From Eledone cirrhosa (taxonomy: Eukaryota), in contig OZ024741.1 of NCBI GenBank assembly GCA_964016885.1, positions 174,282,001 through 174,346,000 on the forward strand: 64,000 nt of DNA, read 5' to 3'. The notes beneath the pieces are model-generated. The model was not told where the DNA came from. It searched no databases and saw only the letters and a list, made by a program, of their open reading frames with translations. The translations under genes and the position numbers were made by a program. The first letter of the stretch is position 1; each line of letters opens with the position of its first letter. Below are positions 24,851-35,722 of the stretch, piece after piece.

Positions 24851-26115
24851 GTATTATATATATTTTCATTTATATATATATATATACAGTAGAATGATCG
24901 AGAATCGGAATATCGGCCCACGAAATCACAATAAACAATATCTGACATGTGTGGCAGAGGGCTCAATAGTTTGGATAAACCAGAGCTATAACTATCGTTA
25001 AAATACCAACACACAGAGATCATGCCTAAAATCACCCGTGCAGCCAAAAAAGAACGACCAGGAAGATTCGGGTCACTCAAATAAAATATCAATAAATTAA
25101 TAAATTAAATGAAAGTATATAATTACATATTCGTGTATAAATATTATTGCATACACAAAACAAAATATAAACAAACGTATTTATTTCACGAAAGCACAGA
25201 CGGCTTATAGTCATTGTTACTGCCAATATGCCACCCAAAAACGTCCTAGCCTGGCCGCAAGATCAGATTTTCCAGAAGAAAAAATGTTACTAGAGCAACA
25301 GAGAGACTAAGCTTCCCGATTACCATCAACAAAGCTCATGGTCAAACCCTAAAAGTGGCTGGCCTTCATCTGGGAAAACCATGCTTCTCCCATGGTCAAT
25401 TATATGTAGGATGCTCTAGGGTGAGCTCGCCAAACAATCTCTTCATCTTTGCTCCCGAGGGCCGAACAAAAAATATTGTATACTCTGAGGCTCTAACAAT
25501 GTAATTTATGTATTTTCTGTTACTTGGAATTTCCATTATGGTTGTACAAATTATTGTAAAGTTTGTTAAAAAATTTGTTCTCTGTTCAACATTTATTGTT
25601 GTAACTATCAATTTTCTTTAACGTACTGGCTGAGAAAAGAAACCTACAATAAAAGAACATCTTAAAGTTTACCCAAGCCAAATGTGCATATATCGCAGCT
25701 ATTCATATGTTTTAAACATTAGATAACGATTGCTGATGTATATTGTACGACAGAATTAGCTGAAAAATATTTTGAATGAACAAATAAAAGAGATATAAAA
25801 GAGAGATGTTTGTTGGTTGGTTGGTTCCTTCGCATATCACACAAAAAAAAAGAAAAATGACAATTGGAAAGTATGTACAGGATTGGGATAAGAGTGTATC
25901 CAGGAAAGTTTATTGATATTACTTTTATAACACCAAAGAAGAAGAAAGACATACCATTTATGCTAACCAACCTGACTGCTATTTCTAGCAGGTTGGGAAT
26001 CAACCATAAGGGATTCTCTCTGCGAGTTCGTTGTCAGTGATGATCGTGTTTCGCGGCCTATGTCTCTGATTCTAACGGTGGTTTACACACACACACACAC
26101 GAACACTCACACAGG

Positions 26116-26147
<32 letters not shown>

Positions 26148-26149
<2 letters not shown>

Positions 26150-26689
26150 ATATAAGTATGTACACATACATATATGTATACAGACGTACAGTAGTATGTA
26201 TATATATATACATACATGCACACATATATATATGCACGTATGGATTCACCGAACATTTATTATAATGCTCGGTGTGTTTGTAAACAAACATCCCGTATCA
26301 AGCCGTAGCGTCTAGCAACCATCGTTGCTCGTTTGTTCAACACTGACAAAGGAACGCTGTACTAGTTTCAAGCTTATTAGCTATCATCAGCAACGTATAC
26401 CTTCCTGCCAGATTGTTGAACGTATATACTTACCTTATGCATATTAACGGCTGAGTAGCCCAATTTGCATATCGAGTGGGTTAATCGGCCGGGTGCACCG
26501 AAAACGATAAACAGAAAAAATGAAACAAAATTTCATTTCCCACTCTTAATATATATGTGTGCATGTATGTATATATATATACATACTACTGTACGTCTGT
26601 ATACATATATGTATGTACGTGTACATACTTATATTTAAGTAACAGCCGTACTAAGAGTGGGAAATGAAATTTCGTTTAATTTTTCCGTT

Positions 26690-26692
<3 letters not shown>
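26148..26692 (-). mobile_element. Second copy of the ~432 bp retrozyme-like repeat with terminal inversion
   Basis: Colinear with ~23600-24010; 26550-26692 is inverted. Confidence 0.7.
26355..26395 (-). ncRNA. Minimal type I hammerhead ribozyme motif
   Basis: Identical to 23811-23851 except CUGAUGA instead of CUGACGA (variable position 7). Confidence 0.85.
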
Positions 26693-26727
<35 letters not shown>

Positions 26728-26861
26728 TACACACACATGCACACACACACACACACACAGTAAACAAGACAATGCATTCAATACAGACATTTTCTCTTCT
26801 GCCGGTCTTCTCTTATCATTTGTTAACCTTGGTAAAGCTGGGTACCTCAGCTAGTATCTAA

Positions 26862-27080
26862 TATGTATGTGCAACCTTAGGTCTTGGGGTCCAGTTATGG
26901 CTCTCACTGTATAGTTATGGCTTCCACTATATAGTGAAGGAGCTGGCCTCTCAACGGGTGTAACGACAAAATTACTGTAATTTTATCCTGGCATCCTTTG
27001 AGAGGTCAGTTTTGAAACAGCCCCTCCACTATACAGTGGAAGACATAATTGGACCCCCAAACCAATGGTTGCACATACAT
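26862..27080. mobile_element. Fold-back MITE-like element
   Basis: TIRs ATGTATGTGCAACC/GGTTGCACATACAT, with further internal inverted segments. Confidence 0.6.
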
Positions 27081-27730
27081 GTTAAGTTTATGAAATTTTA
27101 AAGATACTAGATAAGCTCTCTTGCAATAAATTGAGCATTGTTTTCCTTGACCTTTGATCTACAGATATCCTACATACATGTATAGGTGATGATATGTGCG
27201 TATATACACAAATATGTATATAAACCATGTGTGTATATAGGTATGTAACATCCAGCCCACACTGTAAAGGGATCGTGTAGGTGTCACAACAAAATGCACC
27301 CAACCCACACAGTAAAGTGACCATGTAGGTGTCACAACAAAAAGCACCCAGCCCACACTATAAAGTGGAAGTGTACAAGACATGGCAAAAAGCACCCAGT
27401 ACACACTGTCAATGTGGTTGGCGTTAGGAAGGGCATCCAGCCATAAAAAACCAGCCAGAAACGGTCCGACAGTTCACACTGTAAAGTAGATGAGTAAAAG
27501 ACACAGTAGAAAGCACCCAGCACATACTGTCAATGTGGTTGGCATTAGGAAGGGCATCCAGCCACAGAAAACCAGCCAGAAACTGTTCTATATAAGCGAG
27601 ATATGGTCACCTGACCCAACTTGCCTCTAAATAGGACAAACCTGTCTAACCCATGATAGCATGGAAGATAGACATTAATCAATGATGATGATGATGATAT
27701 ATATATGTAAAGAAAAGAAAAGAATCCCCA

Positions 27731-27773
27731 GTCACTGAAGAGGTCACAGAATGTGTGACGAAAGAACTTTGAC
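27731..27773 (+). ncRNA. Minimal type I hammerhead-like motif
   Basis: GUCA-CUGAAGA-G GUCACA gaaug UGUGAC-GAAA-GAAC-UU|UGAC; lies in a dispersed repeat also found at 46300-46490. Confidence 0.65.
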
Positions 27774-27990
27774 AATATATAAACAATCATCTGGTTGTGG
27801 AACCAACCAACCAACCGGAAATTTATAAATTCCTAAATTTATAAATTTATTATAATAAATTGAAGTGAAAGCAACTGGTGTGTGTGTGTTTCTTATTGGC
27901 AACATGACCCTCCCAAAGTATAACAATATCGGTTTCAACACACGTTTTCAGATAAAGAATCTTGCTAAACAAATTCAGAAACGAAATATA

Positions 27991-28074
<84 letters not shown>

Positions 28075-28079
28075 TATAT

Positions 28080-29879
28080 TTCGTTTCTGAATTTGTTTAG
28101 CAAGATTCTTTAAATCCATCCCTAGAAATGTTTCTCTTAGAATCTCCCGCCTATCGTCCAACCAACAAACCTTCAAAGAACATGCCGAGTATTATGATGA
28201 TGCACTTAGGAAAGCCGGTCACCTAGATAATATAGAGTATATAGTCAATGATCACCAAAACACCCAAAATAAATCACATAGGAGTAGAAATAGCACAGAA
28301 TCACCACCATACATACACTACCGCAATAGACACAATAATAGTCGCACACCACCAAACAGAAGGCGATGTAAGGAGTATATCTGGTACAACCCGGTCTATA
28401 ACAAATCTATTAAAACCAATCTACCCTCAAAATTCTTTCGATTAGTTAGAAAACACTTTCCAACATCACATAAATATAATAAAATCTTAAACCCTAACAC
28501 CATCCGGCTTTCATATTCAACCGCCCCTAATATTGAACAACATATAAAAATGCTTAACGCAAAACGGTTGTATAAACGCCTTCCAACACATAACAATACA
28601 CGTAAAACATTAGCTATAACATCACAAAACAACAAACAACATCCTGTTCTACATAAGCAACCTCATCAACCCATCCATGGCAATACAACAACGCAAAATT
28701 GTAATTGCAACTGTGTCCAACCAGGAATGTGTCCGTTGAACAACCAGTGTCTTGAACGCAACATCGTATACAAATGTACTATCGAATCGGATAGACAGAA
28801 GTGGTACTATGTGGGATCTACAGCCACCTCCTTTAAATCACGCCTTTATAGACATCGTTATTCGATAAAACATGAAAACCAGCGTTATGTAACAACACTC
28901 GCAGACAAGGCTTGGCAGCTGCGTGAAAATAACCAACATTTTCACCTAAAATGGGATATAATAGCGACTGCCCCCCCATATTCCAATGGACAGGAATTTT
29001 GTAGATTATGTAATGTAGAATTATTTTGTATTATGAAATCCAAAAACATTTTATTAAATAACAGAATAGAGCGATCGTTATACTGTAACCATCGCTTAAA
29101 ATCTACATTTTCATATTATAAATACTACCAGGATTGAACGCCTGTCTCTATCCCCGTTTGATTGTCAAAATAGATATGAACATTCTTTATTAGTCTTAAT
29201 TCTATCAACTCTTCTATTATTTACCTTTTAATACAAACTGCTATAGATAAAATGAGATTTCTGATTTTTTGATTCAATTCCCTAGAGCAAATACCAGCTG
29301 ACCACTAGCATTGATGTTATTTAGTAGCAATCGAAATCTCCCCCTTCCCCAATTGACACTTTATGATTAATACTACTGCACCAAATGACCAGCCCTGTCC
29401 ACTGTCCAGTTGGTCAAGTAGAGATTAAAATCGGCACCCCCAAAATTCTTATTTAGATTTACTCATGGTATTCTCATTAAAAACCCATTATATACTTGTT
29501 TAGCAGTAAATTATTTTACCATCTGTCATATTCTATCCCCTCTGTTCCTTCCTCTTTTACTAATATAAATACTTCAATTTTTCTGATTTTATCCAGTTTA
29601 TCCAAAATCTCTGAAGAAGTGACAACTGATTATACATTTGCTATCGAATACTTGCTAACATTATATGATTACGCAAGCAGCGATACATAGGTATTCGGTC
29701 TGTTACAGAAACATATGTCAATACCTAATAAATTCCTTTTTTAACAAAAGCACTTTCATTTTATATTCATCCTTTCTACATTTCTCCGGAATATAATTTA
29801 TACTCGTTGAGCAAACCTGCACGTACGCTGTTCATCTCTAACGTAACGATATATTATCACTACATTATTGATAACCTGA

Positions 29880-29880
<1 letters not shown>
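28080..29880 (+). mobile_element. 5'-truncated Penelope-like element (Hydra-clade-like)
   Basis: IWYNP, CNCVQPGMCPLNNQCLERNIVYKC..YYVGST..FKSRLYRHR..CRLCNVE..LLN..CNHR (stop at 29137); 3' hammerhead and AATAAA. Confidence 0.85.
29607..29723 (+). ncRNA. Hammerhead-like motif with long stem II (stem I degenerate)
   Basis: CUGAAGA at 29611; stem II GUGACA/UGUUAC enclosing CGAAUAC/GUAUUCG; GAAA-CAUAUG-UC. Confidence 0.55.
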
Positions 29881-29911
<31 letters not shown>

Positions 29912-30923
29912 CAATGTAAAGTTATGTTGGTGCCGCGCCATCCAGGCCGAAACAAATGAGATCGTGTAGGTGTCACGACAAAAAAACACACAGTCCACGC
30001 TGTAATGTGGCCGTGTAGGTAACACGGTAAAAACCTCCCAGTCCCACACTGTAAATGTGGTTGGTGTTAGGAAGGGCACCCAGCTGTAGAAAACCCGCCA
30101 GACAGTCCTATGCGAGCAAGACAACCACTCTTGCCTCAAGTGGGAAAACTCCCGTCCAAACCCATGCAAGCGTGGAACATGGACGTTAAACGATGACGAT
30201 GATGATGATGATGATATATATATATAGTCCTCGTCGGAGAAAGGTACAGCGTGGATGACACGTCTTACACTTACAAGCAAGGAGCAAGGAAAAATGGATG
30301 CTAAACAGTGATGATGATGATGAAGTTTTATGCATGTTATGAAAATGTAAATATCCTAACTGAAGCTAAAATATGTTCAGGGTCTTTCTTTTGTTTTGTT
30401 TAATATATTATAAAATATATTCATCATCCTCATCATCATTTAATGTCCACTTTCCTTGCTAGACAGAGTTGGATGGGTCTTCACAGACCATGTCAGTACT
30501 AAAGCAGGGCTACTGACTTTCCACACAGGCAAGGGATTCACATCTCGCTTACATATGGAAGGGATGACTGATAGTATAGAGGAGGAGGGAATGTAATGGT
30601 GGGGAGTGGATTGTGTGATCAATAGTGTGTGTGTGTGGGGGGGGGGGAGAAATCACTAATGAGTGGTAGCAGAGGGGGTGCACAGGGTAGAGAGAGTAGC
30701 TACTAGGGTGCAATAGTGAGGGTACCCAAGGACTTTAACTAAGGAGTGATACTGGAAGGGCATAGATGAGGAGGATGAAGTGGTGACAAGATGATTATAA
30801 AATATAGTATAACATATTAATAAACATTATAACATAACTGGATAATTGCTGGCCTTGTGCCTAAAGTAGAAACAATTATAACATAACTGGTGGAAGAAAG
30901 GCAGTACCCCCTGTGTTCTACAC

Positions 30924-31204
30924 CAGTCATGGGCAACCTGTGGCCTGCAAAGCTTTCTGAATGGCTCGCCTATGTCACCTAAGTGAAATCTTTCTGATTT
31001 TTTTTACTCCAACTTTTCAGTTGTAATTTATCTTTCTATCATTTTTACAATCAAGGAAAACAATGTGTACGAATTTTGAAGAAACAAATCAAAACAACCT
31101 GAGTTACCGCCCTTTTTTTTAATGTGGGCACGAATGTAAATTAGAGCTTGATGATGAGCCATATCTCATGTGGCCCGATTCTTAAAAAAGGTTGCCCATG
31201 CCTG
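30924..31204. mobile_element. hAT-superfamily MITE
   Basis: TIRs CAGTCATGGGCAACCT / AGGTTGCCCATGCCTG; perfect 8 bp TSD TTCTACAC at 30916-30923 and 31205-31212. Confidence 0.9.
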
Positions 31205-31464
31205 TTCTACACACTGCTTGATATAAATAGTGGTGCTATAAAAATCCCTCTATAAGCGAAATCATAGAGGTAGTCATCTTCTAATAAAGACACAATCTCT
31301 GAAATGTGTAAAGATAAACTATAATGTTTGTCTTCTTATTCAAAACCTGTAGTTATAACAACATTTAATTCATCTTAATTCTTCTAATATACAAGATGTT
31401 ATAGCATGCATATTTATTATATAAATTAAGTTGCAAAAATAAATATATGTGGTATAAGGGGAAA

Positions 31465-33090
31465 CAGTGACAGAGATCAGTAATTGATTTTGTCATTGTC
31501 TCTGATTTCTTTAATTCTCTGCTGGATGTTCATGTTAAGAGAGGGACTGAGCTGTCAATTGATCACCATCTAGTTATCTGCAACTTGGGACTATCTAAAG
31601 CCAAGGAAGCCTACAAAACTGGCAGGTTCAGGTTGATCTACAGGATAAAGTGGGAAATACCGGTGAATAAAGAAGTCAGGAACAGTTATGAAAATACTAT
31701 TGCATCCAAATTCAAAGAACTCCCTGAGCAAACTGAGGATGTTGAAGTGGAGAGGAGATTGTTCAGCTCAGCAGTTTCTGCTTCAGCTGTTAAATGCTGT
31801 AGGCAAAAGAGGCTTAGTGTGGTGCAGGATCGCAGGAGGATTGCAAAGATGCCATTTGAGCAAAGAAGGCAGCCTACAAAGATTGGCTTAGAAATAAAAC
31901 CTCCTTTTGTACTGGCAGTACAAGAAGGTACAAAAAGTTGCAGCAGAGACAGTAAAGGTTTCCAAGGTTAAAACATGGGAGGACTTTGTGGTTAAGCTGG
32001 AATCCAACTTCAGATCAGCAAATGGTCTTGCTGACTACATAATAAGAAGTCCTCCTCCATACCTGCTACCAGGAATGCATCTGGGGATCTCCTCTCATCA
32101 GAGAGGTGCATCCTTGTGAGGTGAAGAGAATACTTTGCTGATCTCTTAAACCCAATCACAACAGCATCTTCTGATGTACATGAGGTGAATCTTGGAGCAA
32201 TGACTAATTCTCAGAGACTGAGATCACAAGAGCAGTTAAAGAGCTCAGATGTGACAAGCCCACTAGAGAGAATGAAATTCAGTCCAAGATGTTAAAGTGT
32301 TAAATAGAGAAAGTATTCTCTGGCTGACTCATGTGTACCAGGTGGTCTGGATCTCTGGAAAGGGACCCAAGCAATGGCAATCGAGAGTGATAATCCAAAT
32401 TATTTTCAAAAAGGGAGACAAGAGAGATTCTCCAATTATAGAGGGATCCCCTTGTTAAGCCTCCTTGGTGAAGCTATGCTAAATGTCTGGCAAAGTGATG
32501 TAAGGAGATTGTTGAGTCCAAGCTAGCTGATGAACAGTGTAGTTTTCATCCCAGACACAGCACAACCAACCAAATATTCACACTGTGGTAGGTCTTTGAG
32601 AAATCATGGGAGTAGTGTTGTGGAAGGTTCTGTGGGAGTATGGGATTGATGGTCATCTTTTTGTTGCCCTGATGTCTCTATACAAATACCTGAGTATTAG
32701 TGTTCGGATAAATAGTGCTAAATGAGAACCATTCAATGTAGGAGTTGGACTCCTCCAAAGGGTCCATACTGTCATGCCTCCTGTTGGAAGTCTGGTTGGA
32801 AGTGGTACCACAAATGGCAGGTGTAGGGTCAGTCAGCTGGAATTTGTAGATTCTCCGAATTAAGAGATCACAGCTCCGAAAAATTTTATGAACAAAACCA
32901 ACTGGCAGGAGACCCAGGGATAGACCCTAGGTAAGATGGTTGGATAATATCCATGAGCTCGGCTGTTCTTGCTAGAGGATCCAGCCAGATCAATTGGAGA
33001 TTGTTGCATCTGATAGGACCCACTGGAAGGAGTGTTTGAACATTCTGCCCCCACGACCCTCTCAGGAATAAAGTGAACAAAGAAGAGAAG
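31465..33090 (+). mobile_element. Decayed RTE LINE (Expander/Rex3-like)
   Basis: IDFVIVS..LDVHVKRGTELSIDHHLV, FKKGDKRDSPNYRGIPLL; many stops. Related 3' fragment at 33670-33945 ends in (AGA)n. Confidence 0.7.
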
Positions 33091-33947
33091 CTGCCAAACT
33101 AATGGAATTTATGAAAATTAGACTGATACATTCTGCTTGACATTAATAACAATGTGATAAAGATTCATAGGGTAGACATCTTTTGATGAAGAGACAATGA
33201 TCTGTAGCGGGAATAGTAAAAAGTATATTTACACTTCCATTTTTTTTTTTTTCACAGCAAAGCTTTATCATCATTTTACATTTGCCTTTTATGCTGCCTT
33301 CTATGGATGGTTTGTTATGGTCTGCAACTAGACAGGTCAGAGTGACCACATCTTGCTCATACATTCTATATTTGGCATGGTTTCTACAGCTTGATGCTTT
33401 ACTAACACAAATCACCTTATAGAGTGTACAGGAAGCATTTTATCATGGCACTAACACAAACACTTTACAAAGTGTACCGAGTACATTTTATTGTAAAAGC
33501 ATTACTACTTTACAGAGCACATTAAGAAAATATAGTTATATATCAAACATTAAATATATTTTAAATCTTCTGATATACTCTGTTTTGCATAAATATTTAT
33601 TATTTTATTAATTACGTTGTCAAACAAGTGCAGAGCTCAGAGAGTTACTCCAGGTAAAGTCAGTACTTCTCTGAATTGAGAGATCATAGCTCCAATACTA
33701 TGGGTATGTGGTTAGAATGTCTCAGGAAAGAATCGTTGGAAAGATGTTATGGGCAGGAGACCCAGGGGTAGACCCCCCCGAGCAAGATGGTTGAATAACA
33801 TCCATGAGCTTGGCTGGTCCCGCTTGGGTATCCAGCCGGATCAGTTGGAGACAGTTGCTTCTGACAGGACCCCTGGAAGGAGTGTTTAAGGACTCTATCA
33901 CCATGACCCTCTCAAGAAGAAGAAGAAGAAGAAGAAGAAGAAGAATG

Positions 33948-33989
<42 letters not shown>

Positions 33990-33992
<3 letters not shown>

Positions 33993-35290
33993 CATCATCA
34001 TCATCATCACCGTTTTACATCCGTTCTTCCACGCTAGCATGCTTTTTGGCCTTGATTGACTCCTCCACCTTACTGTTCCACCACCACGTTACTCTCCTCC
34101 TGCCTATAGGTCTGCTCCAGTCACAGACTTCATCTGCCGCCTTCAGCAGGTTAGCTTTCAGGAATTCCCACTGTTTCTCTATATTGTACGACTCTAATTG
34201 CTCTTCCTTACTGTCAAAAGCATCAAGTAATATGCTTTTAAATTTATTATTGGCTGTGGGGTCCTTTAGCTTCCATATTTTTCTCCTGGGGATAGTCCCC
34301 CTCTGTTGTCGAGTACGTCTTGTCCTGACTATGAGGTCGCTGACTATGAGTCTATGTTGGGAGGTGCATTCTTCATGGGGGAGGGATTTAGTGTTTACAA
34401 CAGACACTCTATCACGTCTTCTGGTAAGGATATAATCTATCTGACTGGCGTGTTCCCCTGATCTATAGGTGATCAAGTGATTGTCTCGTTTTTTGAAGTT
34501 AGTGTTACAGATAGTTAGGTTATTTGCGTCACAGAATTCCAGGATTCTGGAGCCTTCCTCATTTCTAGTACCAAACCCTACAGCCTCCATGGTTCCGTCA
34601 TAGCCATCACAATGTTGTCCAACGTGACCATTTAGGTCGCAAGCAATAATTATGTAGTCACTGTCGGTTATTTGGGAGGTAGTGAGCATCAATGTCTCAT
34701 AGAATGTCTTTTATAACACCAGGCAGCCCGGATTGGGGTGCGTACGCAGATATTACTGTCACAGTAGTTCTATTTAGGACAAGTCTTATTTTAATTATTC
34801 TGTCGTTCACTCTATTTACGTCTATTATCTTATCTACCCATTTTTCTGCTAACATGATTCCTACCCCACCCAGCCCATTGTCATTTCTCACCCAGAAAAG
34901 CTTATAGCATCGTTTTTTACCCACAATGAATCTAGCAGACCCACCCCTCCACCTGGTCTCTTGGATACAGCAACATCAACCTCCTTACGCTCAAGCATTT
35001 CTACAACCTCGTTAGAGCGACCTTTTAAGGTGCCTACATTCATGGTACCAACTCTGAAGTTTTGGGTTGCGTTTGGTGGGTGGGAATGGTGGGGCGCGGG
35101 GAGGGGTGAGGGAGATGGGGTTGGGGTTATGTTGGCCATCCGCGGCCGAAATAAGGAGGAGGAGTCCTTGCCTTTTCGTCCAGCAGCATGAGGTGAATTT
35201 GTCTTTATCTTTGGCATTGTCACTGAGTGTCCAGATTTTTCAGACTCTCCAGAATTCCATAGTCCATCCATCATAGCGAAAGGCAACCAG
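33990..35290 (-). mobile_element. RTE LINE 5' half (APE endonuclease) fused to the (ATG)n 3' tail
   Basis: GTMNVGTL, ISAYAPQ, CDLNGHVG, SQIDYIL, SQHRLIV, TWWWN, then CATGCTAGCGTGGAAGAACGG..(ATG)n. Confidence 0.85.
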
Positions 35291-35615
35291 AAGAAGTGAT
35301 AGCATAGGCCGCTGACTTATGATTGGTCCAAATAATAATGGTGGCGAGTGGGGGCGGGTGGGAGGGGTATGGGGTAGTTAGCGAGAAGGTTTAAATAGAA
35401 TCCTTGAATTTTGGGTATAATTGGACAAGCATATAACAGTAATAAGCGAATAATTATGGGATTTTAAAATACAAGAAGATTATTTAGAACAACCAGACAG
35501 AATTACAGAATAGCATTGAGAAAGAGCAAACAAAGGAATTGTGGTAAGGAACCAGATGGACCATAACACACCAGAGTACTCAATACTTAGGGTAGTAGAG
35601 TGGGAAATAGGAAAA

Positions 35616-35722
35616 AGTATGACCCCGACGGCAGAGCTCAAGCCGTTTCGACGGCTATTTCTGGACTAAATTAGAATTTTTAGCCTGGTGAATAAATAGC
35701 CGAACTTGTCAAGGGGGTACTT
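35616..35722 (-). ncRNA. Type I hammerhead, U3-A8 core variant
   Basis: CCCC-UUGACAA-G..CGGCUAUUU/AAAUAGCCG..C-GAAA-CGGC uugagcucu GCCG-UC|GGGG. Confidence 0.75.

Larger units (their letters stand above)
23153..25630 (+). mobile_element. Non-autonomous Helitron split by nested insertions
   Basis: 5' A|TCTATACTATAAAGCTG. Helicase C-terminus ITINKAHGQTLKVAGL..PCFSHGQLYVGCSRV..RTKNIVYSEAL* at ~25310-25504. Colinear with the copy at 42394-43265. Confidence 0.8.

Noticed and set aside
35290-35520. HDV-like ribozyme in the RTE 5' UTR
   Set aside because: No nested double-pseudoknot pairing could be found by eye.
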